Shown here piece after piece: positions 8,351 to 20,407 of a DNA stretch of 64,000 bases. Positions within the stretch are counted from its first letter, which is position 1. Each line of letters begins with the position of its first letter. Source of the stretch: Clostridia bacterium (GTDB lineage: Bacteria > Bacillota > Clostridia > UMGS1883); contig JAZNYX010000053.1 of the NCBI GenBank assembly GCA_045594665.1, positions 71,833 through 135,832 of the forward strand. Reading direction: 5' to 3'. Under the pieces are notes generated by a model, which saw only the letters and a list, made by a program, of their open reading frames with translations, was not told where the DNA came from and searched no databases. The position numbers and the translations under genes are program-made.

Positions 8351-8550
8351 AAAAACTCCAGACCGCAAAAAGGCAACTAAAATACAAAGTAAAAATATTA
8401 GAAGAATTAAAGAACCTAATATTATTGTTGAAAAACCGTATGAATACGGTTTTTCTTCGTTTTGATGCCTTTTTGCTACGAACAAACTTCACCTCTCGAC
8501 GTACCCACGTACGCCTTCGGGATTCAGTTTGTTTGTTCTGAAGCTTTTTT
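8347..8550. repeat. Structured intergenic repeat family 2, copy a
   Basis: Core CTCGACGTACCCACGTACGCCTTCGGG shared with copy at 30005-30270; left end shared with 37412-37482. Confidence 0.75.
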
Positions 8551-8563
8551 CCTATCTCCTTTT

Positions 8564-9697
8564 CTAATCAAGCATTTCCGCTACAGCAGAAAATTCCCCT
8601 CCGCCCTCTATGTTATGAACTAAATTGTAAACATCGGTGGCTCTGCATTCCAGCTTAAATAAAGCATCATCTTTCAAGACAGCCCCCCTTGATGCTATGG
8701 GAAGCGAGGATTTCTCTTTCATAAGACGGAGAATCTCGCTTCCTTTTTTATTAAACGCGAGGGGACGGATATAGGTGGGGGAGATGTACTCCTTAAAATT
8801 ATTTCCTATTATCATATTGCAAAGGATTCTGCGGATTCTGCTTTGGGTATATCTTCGGCAGGAGGCCTCCGCCATTATTTCCTCAAAGGTGTTTTTAAAG
8901 GATGCCTCTTTAAGCCTTGATGCAATTTCCTCGTTGCAGTCGGGAAGAAGCATCAACTCTTCTTTTGTGATTGCTTTGAGCCTTGATGCCGTAATTATAT
9001 CAAAATCCCTCATAAATGCAGGGCTTGACTCATAATTATAAAGCATGTACCCTTTTACATCATCATCGTCTTTAAGCCTTGCACGAATGGCGGAAGCAGA
9101 GGGGATGGGGGACTTAATATCGGTGTCGTTGTAACCGCTTCCCATGCGGCGTATGGTGGAGGGAATAATTTCAGAGCCAAGCTTTTTTATAGCCCGTATA
9201 TACTCAACGGCAAGAATGTTATTAGGCTCATTTAAAAGGGAAGCCTCCTTTGTGACAGCTTCTGCCGCCATCTGCCTTGCCTTGGGGAAGCTCATTCCCT
9301 CGGAAAGCTTTTCATTAAGCAGTGCAGAAAATTCTTCGTTTTCATCATTTAAAACCTCTGCGCATTTTGTAAGGGCATCAATATCTCCGCATTCACTTCC
9401 GAAATACAGCGAATTAACTACACCGCATTTTTCAAGTATTTCCACGCCGCCCTTTGCAAAGCCCTCTGCCGAGGAAAGTGAGTAAAGAACGGGAAGCTCT
9501 ATTACCAAATCCACGCCGTTTGCCGCGGCGGCTTTTGCACGGTCGTATTTTTCAAAAATTGCACATTCGCCCCTTTGCACGAAATTGCCGCTCATCACCG
9601 CAATTACAGCATCATTTTCCTGCTTTATGGTGTCAATAAGGAGCCTATGACCTGCGTGCAGAGGGTTAAATTCTGCAATTAAAGCACCTATTTTCAT
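8564..9697 (-). CDS. tmcAL: tRNA(Met) cytidine acetate ligase (YlbM, HIGH-family nucleotidyltransferase)
   Basis: AEFNPLHAGH, MSGNFVQRGE, PNNILAVEY, SASAIR; divergent from pta. Confidence 0.9.
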   Translation of the reverse strand: MKIGALIAEFNPLHAGHRLLIDTIKQENDAVIAVMSGNFVQRGECAIFEKYDRAKAAAANGVDLVIELPVLYSLSSAEGFAKGGVEILEKCGVVNSLYFGSECGDIDALTKCAEVLNDENEEFSALLNEKLSEGMSFPKARQMAAEAVTKEASLLNEPNNILAVEYIRAIKKLGSEIIPSTIRRMGSGYNDTDIKSPIPSASAIRARLKDDDDVKGYMLYNYESSPAFMRDFDIITASRLKAITKEELMLLPDCNEEIASRLKEASFKNTFEEIMAEASCRRYTQSRIRRILCNMIIGNNFKEYISPTYIRPLAFNKKGSEILRLMKEKSSLPIASRGAVLKDDALFKLECRATDVYNLVHNIEGGGEFSAVAEMLD

Positions 9698-9791
9698 AAA
9701 ATCCCTCGCTTTTTGGTAAAAAAATGTTGAAAATTGGATATTTCTATTATATACTATATAAGTAAAAAAATAAAGGTTTGGAGGAATAAAA

Positions 9792-10796
9792 ATGAGTAAA
9801 TTTTTGGATAGTGTCAAGGAGAGAGCGAGAAAAGACAAGAAGACCATCGTCCTCCCCGAATCTATGGACAGGCGTACATGGGAGGCAGCAGAGACAATTC
9901 TTAAGGAAGATATTGCAAATCTTGTGATTATCGGTACTCCCGAAGAGGTTAATGAAAATTCAAAGGGACTTGATGTTTCAAAGGCTACAATCATCGACCC
10001 CTTTAACCATGAAAAAACAGAAGAATACCTTAATCTTTTTGTAGAACTCAGAAAGAGCAAGGGTGTTACATATGAGCAGGCGAAGGAAATCGTTCTTGGT
10101 GACTATATGTACTATGCATGTCTTATGGTTAAGGCAGGCGACGCTGACGGCGTTGTATCGGGTGCATGTCATTCCACCGCGAACACACTTCGTCCCTCAC
10201 TTCAGATTATCAAGACAAAGCCCGGCGTAAAGCTTGTATCAGCTTTCTTCCTTATGGTTGTGCCGGATTGTGAATATGGTGCAAACGGCACATTCGTATT
10301 TGCAGACAGTGGTCTTGTTCAGAACCCCAACAGTGGAGAGCTTGCAGCTATTGCCGCATCTTCTGCCGAGAGCTTCGAGCTTTTAGTAGGCGAAAAGGCA
10401 TATGTTGCTATGCTTTCTCATTCCACAAAGGGCAGCGCGGCTCATGCCGATGTTGATAAGGTTACAGAGGCTACACGTATCTGTAAGGAAACTTTCCCCA
10501 ATGTATGTGTTGACGGCGAGCTTCAGCTTGATGCGGCTATCGTTCCCTCTGTTGGTGAGTCTAAGGCTCCCGGTTCACCCGTAGCAGGAAAGGCAAACGT
10601 GCTTGTATATCCCGACCTTGATGCAGGTAATATCGGTTATAAGCTTGTTCAGCGTCTTGCAAAAGCGGAAGCATACGGCCCCGTTACACAGGGTATAGCA
10701 ATGCCTATCAATGACCTTTCACGCGGATGCAGTGCAGACGATATCGTAGGTGTTGTGGCAATTACAGCAGTTCAGGCACAGGCACAGGCTCAGTAA
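9792..10796 (+). CDS. pta: Phosphate acetyltransferase
   Basis: [33 protein letters not shown]. Confidence 0.96.
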   Translation: MSKFLDSVKERARKDKKTIVLPESMDRRTWEAAETILKEDIANLVIIGTPEEVNENSKGLDVSKATIIDPFNHEKTEEYLNLFVELRKSKGVTYEQAKEIVLGDYMYYACLMVKAGDADGVVSGACHSTANTLRPSLQIIKTKPGVKLVSAFFLMVVPDCEYGANGTFVFADSGLVQNPNSGELAAIAASSAESFELLVGEKAYVAMLSHSTKGSAAHADVDKVTEATRICKETFPNVCVDGELQLDAAIVPSVGESKAPGSPVAGKANVLVYPDLDAGNIGYKLVQRLAKAEAYGPVTQGIAMPINDLSRGCSADDIVGVVAITAVQAQAQAQ

Positions 10797-10819
10797 TTAA
10801 AGAAAGGAAGTTTTACATA

Positions 10820-12013
10820 ATGAAAATTCTTGTTATTAACGCAGGAAGCTCCTCCCTTAAATATCAGCTTATCGATATGGATAATAAGGCTGTTATGGCA
10901 AAGGGACTTTGCGAAAGAATCACTATTGACGGCAGCAAGCTTAACCACACCCCCGCAGGCGGCGAAAAGGTTGTAATTGAAAGCCCTATGCCCACACATG
11001 CAGAGGCTATCAAGCTTGTTATTGACGCGCTTGTTGACAAAAACCACGGCGTTATCGCTTCCATGAGCGAAATCGGTGCAGTGGGTCACCGTGTTGTACA
11101 CGGCGGCGAAAGCTTCAGCGGAAGCGTTGTTATTACAGCGGAAGTAAAGAAAGCAATCGAGGAATGTATTGAGCTTGCTCCCCTTCACAACCCTGCAAAC
11201 CTTATCGGTATTGAGGCTTGTGAAAAGGTTATGCCCGGTGTGCCTCAGGTAGCTGTATTTGATACCGCTTTCCATCAGACAATGCCCGAAGAAGCATACC
11301 TCTACGGCATTCCCTACGAATATTATGAAAAGTATAAAATCAGACGTTACGGCTTCCATGGTACAAGCCATAACTATGTATCGGGAAAAGCGGCAGAGCT
11401 TTTAGGCAAGGATATTAAGGATATTAATATCGTTACATGCCACCTTGGTAACGGTTCATCCGTTGCGGCTGTAAAGGGCGGCAAGGTTATTGATACAACA
11501 ATGGGACTTACACCCCTTGCAGGTATTCTTATGGGTACAAGAAGTGGTGATATTGACCCTGCTATCGTTACATTCCTCATGGAAAAGGAAAACCTCGGCA
11601 TTGATGAAATTAATGCAGTCCTTAATAAAAAGAGTGGTGTATTTGGCGTAAGCGGTGTTTCAAGTGACTTCCGTGACCTTTGTGCGGCAGCGGAGGACGG
11701 AAACAAGCGTGCGGCTGTAGCCCTCAAGATGTTCTACTACGGAATTAAGAAGTACATCGGCGGCTATGCAGCGGCTATGGGCGGCGTTGATGCAATCGTA
11801 TTTACCGCAGGCGTAGGCGAAAACGACACTGATGCACGCAAAGGCATTACAGACGGTCTTGAGTTCCTCGGCGTAAAGATTGATACAGAGAAGAACAAGC
11901 TCCGCGGTCAGGCTATAGATGTATCGGCAGAGGGTGCTACGGTAAAAACTCTCGTTATTCCTACCGATGAAGAAATGATGATTGCTATCGAAACCGAAAG
12001 ATTGGCAAAATAA
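10820..12013 (+). CDS. ackA: Acetate kinase
   Basis: [33 protein letters not shown]. Confidence 0.97.
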   Translation: MKILVINAGSSSLKYQLIDMDNKAVMAKGLCERITIDGSKLNHTPAGGEKVVIESPMPTHAEAIKLVIDALVDKNHGVIASMSEIGAVGHRVVHGGESFSGSVVITAEVKKAIEECIELAPLHNPANLIGIEACEKVMPGVPQVAVFDTAFHQTMPEEAYLYGIPYEYYEKYKIRRYGFHGTSHNYVSGKAAELLGKDIKDINIVTCHLGNGSSVAAVKGGKVIDTTMGLTPLAGILMGTRSGDIDPAIVTFLMEKENLGIDEINAVLNKKSGVFGVSGVSSDFRDLCAAAEDGNKRAAVALKMFYYGIKKYIGGYAAAMGGVDAIVFTAGVGENDTDARKGITDGLEFLGVKIDTEKNKLRGQAIDVSAEGATVKTLVIPTDEEMMIAIETERLAK

Positions 12014-12089
12014 TTGTTGACAATCGGCAAAAACGATAGTATAATATATAAGCGCCTGTATTGGGGCACTGAAGGATAGGTGTTTTTAT

Positions 12090-12590
12090 ATGAAAATAAA
12101 TATTGCATCTGTACTTAGAAATGAAGGTGCTTCGAAGGAGTTTTCGGGTGAAACGGTACTTGGAAGCTTTGAGTATATGGGCAGCACGCTGAACTTTGAA
12201 ACGCCCCTTAAAATTACGGGCAGGATTTATAATATCGGAGGTACTCTTGAAATATCGGCACAGATAACGGGGGAATATACTACAGTATGTTCACGTTGCG
12301 GAATCGATATCAGCGGAGGTTTTTCAGCAGAGCTTTTTGAAAGCGTTGATGACGAGCTTTCCGATATTGACGAAGAATGTATTACTGTCAGCGGTAATGT
12401 GATAGACATTTCCGGAAGTATTGATGCGTGCATATTCGGCTCTCTTCCCATGCAGCCCCTTTGCAAGGAAGATTGTAAGGGACTTTGCCATAAGTGTGGC
12501 ACAGACCTTAATAAAAATGAATGCAATTGCGAAGATGAGGTCTATGACCCGAGATTCGCCATCTTTAGAAAACTAAGTAAAGAGGTGTGA
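12090..12590 (+). CDS. yceD: YceD/DUF177 family protein
   Basis: CSRC, LPMQPLCKEDCKGLC..CG, DPRF; precedes rpmF. Confidence 0.9.
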   Translation: MKINIASVLRNEGASKEFSGETVLGSFEYMGSTLNFETPLKITGRIYNIGGTLEISAQITGEYTTVCSRCGIDISGGFSAELFESVDDELSDIDEECITVSGNVIDISGSIDACIFGSLPMQPLCKEDCKGLCHKCGTDLNKNECNCEDEVYDPRFAIFRKLSKEV

Positions 12591-12593
12591 AAA

Positions 12594-12776
12594 ATGGCAG
12601 TTCCAAAGAGAAGAACTTCTAAGGCAAGAAAGAATAAGAGAAGAGCTAATTGGAAACTTGAAGTACCCGGCATGATCAAGTGCGCAAACTGCGGTGAGCT
12701 TATTAAGGCACATATCGTATGTAAGCATTGTGGTTATTACAAGGGTGTTCAGGTTGTTAAGAAAGCAGCTAACTAA
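12594..12776 (+). CDS. rpmF: 50S ribosomal protein L32
   Basis: [17 protein letters not shown], CxxC..CxxCGYY. Confidence 0.97.
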   Translation: MAVPKRRTSKARKNKRRANWKLEVPGMIKCANCGELIKAHIVCKHCGYYKGVQVVKKAAN

Positions 12777-12826
12777 TCTTAGAAAAACGATTTACCGCCA
12801 CGATTATCGGGGCGGTAAATTAGTAT

Positions 12827-12903
12827 GTCGATATAGCTCAGCAGGATAGAGCGACCGCCTCCTAAGCGGTAGGTCGGAGGTTCGAATCCTCTTATCGACG
12901 CCA
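12827..12903 (+). tRNA. tRNA-Arg, anticodon CCT
   Basis: Acceptor GTCGATA/TATCGAC, anticodon arm ACCGC-CTCCTAA-GCGGT, GGTTCGAATCC, encoded CCA; 77 nt. Confidence 0.97.
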
Positions 12904-12905
12904 GA

Positions 12906-12952
12906 AAGTGGATGTAAAAAATTGCATTTTTTACATCCACTTTTATTTTTTT
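12906..12952 (+). terminator. Intrinsic terminator after tRNA
   Basis: AAAGTGGATGTAAAAAA/TTTTTTACATCCACTTT followed by T-rich tail. Confidence 0.75.
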
Positions 12953-13045
12953 AAATAAAATAGACACTTATATCTTGAAAATGCTCTGAAATTGTTGTAT
13001 AATAACAAAAATACTATAAAATTTTATTATGGGGGAGATATAACC

Positions 13046-14548
13046 ATGGCATTTTATTTTAACGAACCTTCACGTACATTCAGCGAATATCTGCTCGTAC
13101 CCGGCTACACAGGTCCCGACTGTATTCCTGCCAATGTAAGCCTTAAAACACCTCTTGTTAAATTCAAGAAGGGCGAGCAGCCCAAATACAGCCTTAACAT
13201 TCCTATGGTATCTGCTATCATGCAGTCCGTATCAAACGATACTATGGCTATCGCACTTGCAAAGGAAGGCGGTATTTCCTTTATTTACGGCTCTCAGTCC
13301 ATTGAGGACGAGGCGGCAATGGTAGCACGTGTAAAGGGCTACAAGGCAGGCTTTGTAGTAAGTGACAGCAATCTTAAACCCGACGATACTCTGGCAGATG
13401 TACTGGAGCTTTTTGAAAAGACCGGTCACAATACAATGGCTGTTACAGAGGACGGAAGTGCAACAGGAGTTCTCTTAGGCGTTGTTACAAGCCGTGACTA
13501 CCGCGTTAGCAGAATGTCAACCGACATTAAAGTTAAGGATTTTATGACTCCCTTTGATAAGCTTATCTGCGCTCCCGAGTCTACCACTCTTAAGGAAGCA
13601 AACGATATTATCTGGGAACATAAGCTTAATTCTCTTCCCATTATCAATGATAAAAACGAGCTTAAGTATTTCGTATTCAGAAAGGACTACTCCACACATA
13701 AGAGTAATCCCAATGAAGTGCTTGATGAACAGAAGCGTTACCTTGTAGGTGCAGGTATCAATACTCTTGACTATGAAAAGAGAGTACCCGCACTTGTAGA
13801 GGCAGGTGCCGACGTGCTTTGTATCGACTCTTCCGAGGGTTATACAGCATGGCAGGCAAAGACAATTGCATTCATCCGTGAAAAATACGGCGATGATGTA
13901 AAGGTTGGCGCAGGTAACGTTGTTGACCGTGACGGCTTTATGTTCCTTGCAGAAGCAGGTGCAGACTTTATTAAGGTAGGTATCGGCGGTGGCTCAATCT
14001 GTATCACCCGTGAAACAAAGGGTATCGGTCGCGGACAGGCTACTGCGGTTATCGAGGTTGCTGCAGCTCGTGACGAATACTTTGAAAAGACAGGTATCTA
14101 CATTCCCATTTGCTCCGACGGCGGTATCGTACACGACTATCATATGACACTCGCTCTTGCAATGGGTGCAGATTTCCTTATGCTGGGAAGATATTTTGCA
14201 CGCTTTGACGAAAGCCCCACTCCCAAGCTTAATATTAACGGAACATACGTTAAGGAATATTGGGGAGAGGGAAGTAACCGTGCGCGTAACTGGCAGCGTT
14301 ATGACCTTGGCGGTAAGGCTAAGCTTTCCTTTGAGGAAGGTGTTGACTCCTACGTTGTATATGCAGGCTCGCTTCAGGACAATGTGGCGAAGAGCCTTTA
14401 CAAGGTTGCATCAACCATGTGTAACTGCGGTGTGCTGACAATCCCCGAACTTCAGAAAAATGCAAAAATCACCCTCGTTAGTGCTACAAGTATTGTTGAG
14501 GGCGGTTACCACGACGTTACTCTTAAATCAAACGTTGGAAAGGATTGA
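13046..14548 (+). CDS. guaB: IMP dehydrogenase
   Basis: [13 protein letters not shown] catalytic motif, CBS pair, SDGGI. Confidence 0.95.
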   Translation: MAFYFNEPSRTFSEYLLVPGYTGPDCIPANVSLKTPLVKFKKGEQPKYSLNIPMVSAIMQSVSNDTMAIALAKEGGISFIYGSQSIEDEAAMVARVKGYKAGFVVSDSNLKPDDTLADVLELFEKTGHNTMAVTEDGSATGVLLGVVTSRDYRVSRMSTDIKVKDFMTPFDKLICAPESTTLKEANDIIWEHKLNSLPIINDKNELKYFVFRKDYSTHKSNPNEVLDEQKRYLVGAGINTLDYEKRVPALVEAGADVLCIDSSEGYTAWQAKTIAFIREKYGDDVKVGAGNVVDRDGFMFLAEAGADFIKVGIGGGSICITRETKGIGRGQATAVIEVAAARDEYFEKTGIYIPICSDGGIVHDYHMTLALAMGADFLMLGRYFARFDESPTPKLNINGTYVKEYWGEGSNRARNWQRYDLGGKAKLSFEEGVDSYVVYAGSLQDNVAKSLYKVASTMCNCGVLTIPELQKNAKITLVSATSIVEGGYHDVTLKSNVGKD

Positions 14549-14553
14549 TTTTA

Positions 14554-16224
14554 ATGTATAAATCAGACATTGAAATTGCACAATCCGTAAAGATGAAGCC
14601 CATTACGGAGATAGCAAAAACAGCAGGCGTAGATGACAAATATCTTGAACAGTACGGAAAGTATAAGGCAAAGATAGACCTCTCTATTTTAGATGAAATC
14701 GATCGCAAGGAAGGAAAGCTCATTCTTGTGACGGCTATAAACCCCACCCCCGCAGGCGAAGGAAAGACCACTACCACAATCGGTCTTGCCGACGGGCTTC
14801 GTAAAATCGGAAAGAATGTTATGGTGGCTCTTCGTGAGCCGTCCTTAGGTCCCGTTTTCGGAGTCAAGGGCGGTGCAGCAGGCGGCGGCTATGCACAGGT
14901 TGTTCCCATGGAGGATATTAACCTTCATTTTACGGGTGACTTCCACGCAATCGGTGCCGCAAACAATCTTCTTGCGGCAATGCTTGATAACCACATTTAT
15001 CAGGGAAATGCTCTTAATATTGACCCTCGCAGAATCGTTTGGAAAAGATGTGTTGATATGAATGACCGTCAGCTCCGTTTTGTAACGGACGGTCTCGGCG
15101 GCAGGGTAAACGGCGTTCCCCGTGAAGATGGTTATGATATTACTGTTGCCAGTGAAATTATGGCAGTATTGTGCCTTGCAAATTCTCTTTCCGACCTTAA
15201 GGAAAGACTGGGAAGAATTATCGTAGGCTACACTTATGATGAAAAGCCCGTTACAGCATCTGACCTTAAAGCCCACGGTGCTATGACTGCACTTCTTAAA
15301 GATGCAATAAAGCCCAACCTTGTGCAGACATTGGAGGGAACTCCCGCGTTTGTACACGGCGGTCCCTTTGCAAATATTGCTCACGGCTGTAACAGCGTAA
15401 CGGCTACAAAGCTTGCAATGAAGCTTGGCGATTACGCTATTACGGAAGCAGGCTTCGGTGCAGATCTTGGTGCCGAGAAATTCCTTGATATCAAGTGCCG
15501 TGCGGCAGGTCTTAAGCCTTCTGCGGTTGTAATCGTGGCAACCATTCGTGCCCTTAAAATGCACGGCGGTATGGCAAAGACCGAGCTTAATGAAGAAAAC
15601 ACGGATGCACTTTTAAAGGGTATTCCCAATCTTCTTCGTCACGTTTCAAATATCAAGAATGTGTACAAGCTTCCCTCTGTGGTTGCTATCAATAAATTCC
15701 CCACAGATACGGATAAGGAAGTACAGGTTATTATAGACGAATGTAAGAAGCTTGGCGTAAATGTTGTTCTTTCCGACGTATGGGCAAAGGGCGGTGAAGG
15801 CGGCAAGGAGCTTGCAGAAGAAGTTGTTCGTCTTTGCGAAATGGAAAACGATTTCTCATTCAGCTATGAGGACGACCTTTCTATTGAAGAAAAGATTGAA
15901 GCAATCGTTAAGCGCATCTACGGCGGTGATGGCGTAATCTTTGACAAGAACGCACAAAAACAGCTCAAGACCCTTACAGACCTTGGCTTTAGTAAACTCC
16001 CCGTATGTATGGCTAAAACACAGTACAGCTTTTCTGATGATATGACAAAGCTCGGTGCACCCGAAGGCTTCACCGTAACGGTTCGTAACGTGAAGGTAAG
16101 TGCAGGTGCAGGCTTTATCGTAGCACTCACAGGAGAAATTATGACAATGCCCGGACTTCCCAAGGTTCCCGCGGCAGAAAAAATTGACGTGGATGAAACA
16201 GGAAAAATCACCGGCTTGTTCTGA
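14554..16224 (+). CDS. fhs: Formate--tetrahydrofolate ligase
   Basis: [32 protein letters not shown]. Confidence 0.97.
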   Translation: MYKSDIEIAQSVKMKPITEIAKTAGVDDKYLEQYGKYKAKIDLSILDEIDRKEGKLILVTAINPTPAGEGKTTTTIGLADGLRKIGKNVMVALREPSLGPVFGVKGGAAGGGYAQVVPMEDINLHFTGDFHAIGAANNLLAAMLDNHIYQGNALNIDPRRIVWKRCVDMNDRQLRFVTDGLGGRVNGVPREDGYDITVASEIMAVLCLANSLSDLKERLGRIIVGYTYDEKPVTASDLKAHGAMTALLKDAIKPNLVQTLEGTPAFVHGGPFANIAHGCNSVTATKLAMKLGDYAITEAGFGADLGAEKFLDIKCRAAGLKPSAVVIVATIRALKMHGGMAKTELNEENTDALLKGIPNLLRHVSNIKNVYKLPSVVAINKFPTDTDKEVQVIIDECKKLGVNVVLSDVWAKGGEGGKELAEEVVRLCEMENDFSFSYEDDLSIEEKIEAIVKRIYGGDGVIFDKNAQKQLKTLTDLGFSKLPVCMAKTQYSFSDDMTKLGAPEGFTVTVRNVKVSAGAGFIVALTGEIMTMPGLPKVPAAEKIDVDETGKITGLF

Positions 16225-16242
16225 TATTAGTATTTAAAAAAT

Positions 16243-16292
16243 AAAGCACCGGAGTTCAAATCTTGAAAGTTTTGAACTTCGGTGCTTTTTTC
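16243..16292. terminator. Bidirectional terminator
   Basis: AAAGCACCGGAGTTCAAA/TTTGAACTTCGGTGCTTT between convergent genes. Confidence 0.75.
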
Positions 16293-16315
16293 ATTTTTTC
16301 AAACGGAGAATATTT

Positions 16316-16819
16316 TTACTGCATCGTAATTTTACCCTTTTCAAATATCTTCACAAGCAGTATTCCGAGTATAAGTCCGGCAATACCTTGTGCGGCATTT
16401 GCAGGGATATTCACGGCCGAAGGAATAAAACCATACAGAATCCCTTCAAACAGGAAATATCCGCCCACCATTAAAATTTCTGCAAGGATACCGCTTACAA
16501 TTCTTGAAGAGAGGTTTCCTGCTTTTTTTGCCATGATAACAAACACAAAGTGTGCCATAAGTGCCATCAGTCCCTTGATAACAAAGGTTGCAGGGGCATA
16601 CACTATGTAGCCCGAAAAAATATCCGCCAAGGCACTTCCAATTCCTGCCGTAAGGAATCCGTAAACAGGAGAAAGAATCCACCCTGAAAGAAGCACTACG
16701 CAGTCACCAAGGTTAAGATACCCTTTAAGCGGTGACGGGATTTTAATCAGCATCGTTGCAACACATACAAGTGAAGCAAGCAGTGCCGAAAGCACTATTT
16801 TTTGTGTTTTGTTTTGCAT
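16316..16819 (-). CDS. ECF transporter S component (HmpT/PdxU-like)
   Basis: GYLNLGD, GIGSALAD..GY..YAPATFVIKG; multi-TM. Confidence 0.8.
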   Translation of the reverse strand: MQNKTQKIVLSALLASLVCVATMLIKIPSPLKGYLNLGDCVVLLSGWILSPVYGFLTAGIGSALADIFSGYIVYAPATFVIKGLMALMAHFVFVIMAKKAGNLSSRIVSGILAEILMVGGYFLFEGILYGFIPSAVNIPANAAQGIAGLILGILLVKIFEKGKITMQ

Positions 16820-16904
16820 AATAAATCACCTTTCTTTATTAATATTTTCATTATATCACATTATCTGTGATTTTTCTACCTGTTTTTTGCTGATTTTCAT
16901 AAAT

Positions 16905-18209
16905 TTATAAAATATCAATGTACTCACCGCTCAGGGCTTTGTTCATGCTTCTCACGGCACAGAATTTTCCGCACATGGAACAGCTTTCTTCAATTTCGCT
17001 CTTTCGTTCATCGCGGATGCGTTTTGCAGTTTCGGGGTCAATGGAGTATTCCCACTGTTTCTCCCAGTCGAAAGTTCTTCTGGCATCTGCCATTTTATCG
17101 TCAATATCTCGTGCATAGGGAATATGCTTTGCAATGTCTGCTGCATGTGCCGCTATTTTAGAGGCGATAATTCCCTGTTTTACATCGTCTACATTGGGAA
17201 GGGCAAGGTGCTCTGCCGGTGTAACGTAGCACAAGAATGCCGCACCAGATGCTGCGGCAACTGCACCGCCGATTGCGGAAGTAATATGGTCGTATCCCGG
17301 TGCAATATCAGTTACAATAGGTCCTAATACATAAAAAGGTGCACCCATACAAACTGTCTCCTGAAGCTTCATATTTGCTTCAATTTGGTCAAGAGGCATA
17401 TGTCCGGGACCTTCCACCATTACCTGAACGTCCTTTTCCCATGCCCTTTTTGTCAGCTCACCAAGTCTTACCAGTTCTTCTATCTGACATACATCACTTG
17501 CATCCGCGATGCATCCCGGGCGGCATGCATCGCCCAAAGAAACGGTAACATCATATTCGCGGCATATATCAAGTATTTCATCATAATACTCATAGAAGGG
17601 ATTTTCCTCACCGGTCATACTCATCCACGCAAAAACCAATGAACCGCCTCGGGAAACGATGTTCATTTTTCTTTTATGTGTTTTTATTTGCTCAATGGTC
17701 TTTCTTGTAATGCCGCAGTGAAGCGTCACAAAATCAACACCGTCTTGTGCGTGAAGACGAACTACTTCAATAAAATCCTTTGCGGTAAGCGTGGAGAGAT
17801 CCCTCTGATAGTGAATAACACTGTCATATACGGGAACGGTGCCAATCATCGCAGGACATTCGGAGGTGAGCTTTCGCCTGAAAGGCTGTGTGTTTCCGTG
17901 GGAAGATAAATCCATAATTGCTTCGGTGCCCATATTCACAGCCGTCATTACCTTTTCCATTTCTACGTTGTAATCCTTGCAGTCCTTTGAAACACCTAAA
18001 TTTACATTTATTTTAGTCCGGAGCATTGAGCCTACACCGTTGGGATCAATACATTTATGCAGCTTGTTGGCACAAATAGCAACCTGTCCTTTTGCAACAA
18101 GCTCTCTGATTTCTTCAGGTGTTTTGTATTCTTTTTTTGCCACAATCTGCATTTGGGGAGTGATAATCCCTTTTTTTGCGGCATCCATTTGTGTAGTGTA
18201 GTTTCTCAT
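16905..18209 (-). CDS. thiC: Phosphomethylpyrimidine synthase
   Basis: [36 protein letters not shown]. Confidence 0.97.
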   Translation of the reverse strand: MRNYTTQMDAAKKGIITPQMQIVAKKEYKTPEEIRELVAKGQVAICANKLHKCIDPNGVGSMLRTKINVNLGVSKDCKDYNVEMEKVMTAVNMGTEAIMDLSSHGNTQPFRRKLTSECPAMIGTVPVYDSVIHYQRDLSTLTAKDFIEVVRLHAQDGVDFVTLHCGITRKTIEQIKTHKRKMNIVSRGGSLVFAWMSMTGEENPFYEYYDEILDICREYDVTVSLGDACRPGCIADASDVCQIEELVRLGELTKRAWEKDVQVMVEGPGHMPLDQIEANMKLQETVCMGAPFYVLGPIVTDIAPGYDHITSAIGGAVAAASGAAFLCYVTPAEHLALPNVDDVKQGIIASKIAAHAADIAKHIPYARDIDDKMADARRTFDWEKQWEYSIDPETAKRIRDERKSEIEESCSMCGKFCAVRSMNKALSGEYIDIL

Positions 18210-18997
18210 ATGTTTCTTCCTTTCATATATCCATGGGCAAGAGGTCCGCTTCCTTTTCCGAGATTAAAATTTATTTTAAGAAGCCTCGTCAGATATTCCT
18301 TTGCTTTGTAAACGGATTCCTCAAGGGGATATCCCTTTGCAAGATTTACGGCAATTGCGCTGGAAAGGGTGCAGCCTGTCCCGTGGGTGTTGGGATTATT
18401 TATCCGCTTGCCTTCAAACCATTTAAAGCCGTCTTTTGTGTATAGCAGATCACTTGCATCGTTTATTCTGTGACCGCCTTTTAAAAGAACTGTGCAGCCA
18501 AATCTGTTGTGCAATACTGTTGCTGCGCTATGCATATCTTCACGCGAGGATATCTCACAGCCACTTAAAGCCTGTGCCTCGGGAATATTAGGCGTAATCA
18601 CTGTTGCCAATGGAAAGAGCTTTTTGATAAGTGCCGAGACAGCGTCGCTTTGAATTAGTTTTGAACCGCTTGTGGCTACCATTACAGGGTCAAGGACAAT
18701 GTTTTTAGCTTTGTAGAATAAAAGCCTTTCTGCAATTACTTCTATCAGCTTTGGTGATGAAACCATGCCTATTTTAACTGCATCGGGATAAATATCCGTA
18801 AACACCGAATCAAGCTGTTTTTCTAAAAACTTTGGTGTGACTTCCATTATTGCACTTACTCCCAATGTGTTTTGTGCAGTCAGCGCAGTGATTGCACTCA
18901 TGGCATAGACACCGTTTGTAATCATTGTTTTTATATCTGCCTGAATTCCTGCGCCGCCGCTGCTGTCACTGCCTGCGATTGTTAATGCTGTTTTCAT
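18206..18997 (-). CDS. thiD: Hydroxymethylpyrimidine/phosphomethylpyrimidine kinase
   Basis: [33 protein letters not shown]. Confidence 0.96.
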   Translation of the reverse strand: MKTALTIAGSDSSGGAGIQADIKTMITNGVYAMSAITALTAQNTLGVSAIMEVTPKFLEKQLDSVFTDIYPDAVKIGMVSSPKLIEVIAERLLFYKAKNIVLDPVMVATSGSKLIQSDAVSALIKKLFPLATVITPNIPEAQALSGCEISSREDMHSAATVLHNRFGCTVLLKGGHRINDASDLLYTKDGFKWFEGKRINNPNTHGTGCTLSSAIAVNLAKGYPLEESVYKAKEYLTRLLKINFNLGKGSGPLAHGYMKGRNI

Positions 18998-19626
18998 TTC
19001 TTTAGCTCCTTTGCAAGGGATAGTAAAATTTCCGTTTCTGCTTTCACATTATCTGCTTTCATAATGGCGGACACCACACAAATACCTGCAATCGGGATTT
19101 TTTCAAGAACGTCTATATTGTCTTTGTTAAGACCGCCTATAGCATTTACGGGTATAGGTACACTACGGCAGATTGCATCTAAGGTTTCGGTGGAAGTCAG
19201 CACCGTTTTAACCTTTGTTGTGGTCGGATAAATTGCCCCTGCACCAAGGTAATCCGCACCTTGAGTGTAAGCCTCAAGCGCTTGCGGAACAGTTTTTGCC
19301 GTTGCACCGATGATGAAATTTTCTCCGAGAATTTTCCGCGCAACCTTTATCGGCATATCACTCTGCCCCAGGTGAACACCCTCGGCACCTATCGCTATTG
19401 CCACATCAATGCGGTCATCAATAATCAGCGGTACGTTGTATTTTTTTGAAATGGCGTGAACCTTTTGGGCAAGGGATATGTACTGACGGGTAGTTTTTTC
19501 TTTCTCCCGAAGCTGTAAAATTGTGACTCCGCCCCTAAGTGCTTCCTCAACCCGATGTAAAAACTCGTTTTCCTCAAATCCCGTGCTGTCGGTAATAAAA
19601 TAAAGAGTTGTGTCAAATGTTCTCAA
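18994..19626 (-). CDS. thiE: Thiamine phosphate synthase
   Basis: QLREK, GVHLGQSD, PTTTK, AIGG. Confidence 0.95.
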   Translation of the reverse strand: MRTFDTTLYFITDSTGFEENEFLHRVEEALRGGVTILQLREKEKTTRQYISLAQKVHAISKKYNVPLIIDDRIDVAIAIGAEGVHLGQSDMPIKVARKILGENFIIGATAKTVPQALEAYTQGADYLGAGAIYPTTTKVKTVLTSTETLDAICRSVPIPVNAIGGLNKDNIDVLEKIPIAGICVVSAIMKADNVKAETEILLSLAKELKK

Positions 19627-20407
19627 TTGTAATTTCCTCCTTTTTCAGATTGCTTGTAAGCTCTTCATCGGTCAAAACAGAAAGATTATCCCAAAGCCTG
19701 CAAAAAAAGCTTCCTTCGCCGTGGACATTTTCAGATTTTTCTCCGCAAACACCCAGAACGGCGGCGGCAGTAATTGCGGCTTCAAGCGGTGTGCAAACAG
19801 CGCAAAAACAGCCGCACAGCATACCTAACATACAGCCGCTGCCGGTAATGCGGGACAGTTGTTCCGTACCATTTTTTATGAAGTAAAGCTTTTCTCCGTC
19901 GGTTATTATATCTTCTTTTCCACTGGCAAGAATAACGCCGCCGTATTTTTTTGCAAGAGAAATTGCCGCATTTTGCACTTTATCCTTCCCAAGGGTTTTC
20001 TGTGCGTCAACTCCGGGAGACGAATAGCCGCTGTCTGCCAGTGCGTATATTTCCGAGTAATTACCTTTGATTATTGTAACGGAAAATCTATTTAAAAGCT
20101 TTTGAATATATTTTTTTCTGAGAGTAGAACAGGAAACCCCCACAACATCCAAAACTACGGGAATACTGCGCTTGTTAGCTTCGGCAAGTGAAATTTTCAT
20201 TGATTTCATCCGCACATCGGTAATGTTACCTGTGTTGAGAACAAGCGCGTCTGCATGGGCTGTGATTTGGTAAGCCTCCCGGGGGTGCTCAGCCATAATC
20301 GGTCGAGCACCCATTGCGAGAATTGTGTTGGCACATTGGTTAATTGAAATAGGATTTGTTATTGCATGAATCAGAGGACTTTTTTCCTTTGTTTTGCTGA
20401 GTATCAT
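19613..20407 (-). CDS. thiM: Hydroxyethylthiazole kinase
   Basis: PLIHAITN, IKGNYSEI, ITGSGCMLG; start MILS overlaps the thiW stop. Confidence 0.92.
   Translation of the reverse strand: MILSKTKEKSPLIHAITNPISINQCANTILAMGARPIMAEHPREAYQITAHADALVLNTGNITDVRMKSMKISLAEANKRSIPVVLDVVGVSCSTLRKKYIQKLLNRFSVTIIKGNYSEIYALADSGYSSPGVDAQKTLGKDKVQNAAISLAKKYGGVILASGKEDIITDGEKLYFIKNGTEQLSRITGSGCMLGMLCGCFCAVCTPLEAAITAAAVLGVCGEKSENVHGEGSFFCRLWDNLSVLTDEELTSNLKKEEITIENI

Noticed and set aside
9698-10060. N-terminal extension of the tmcAL ORF
   Set aside because: It runs antisense through pta; family similarity begins at MKIGAL (9697)
16855-16871. ATCACA-N5-TGTGAT palindrome before the ECF S gene
   Set aside because: Short, single occurrence, no regulator nearby; could be chance
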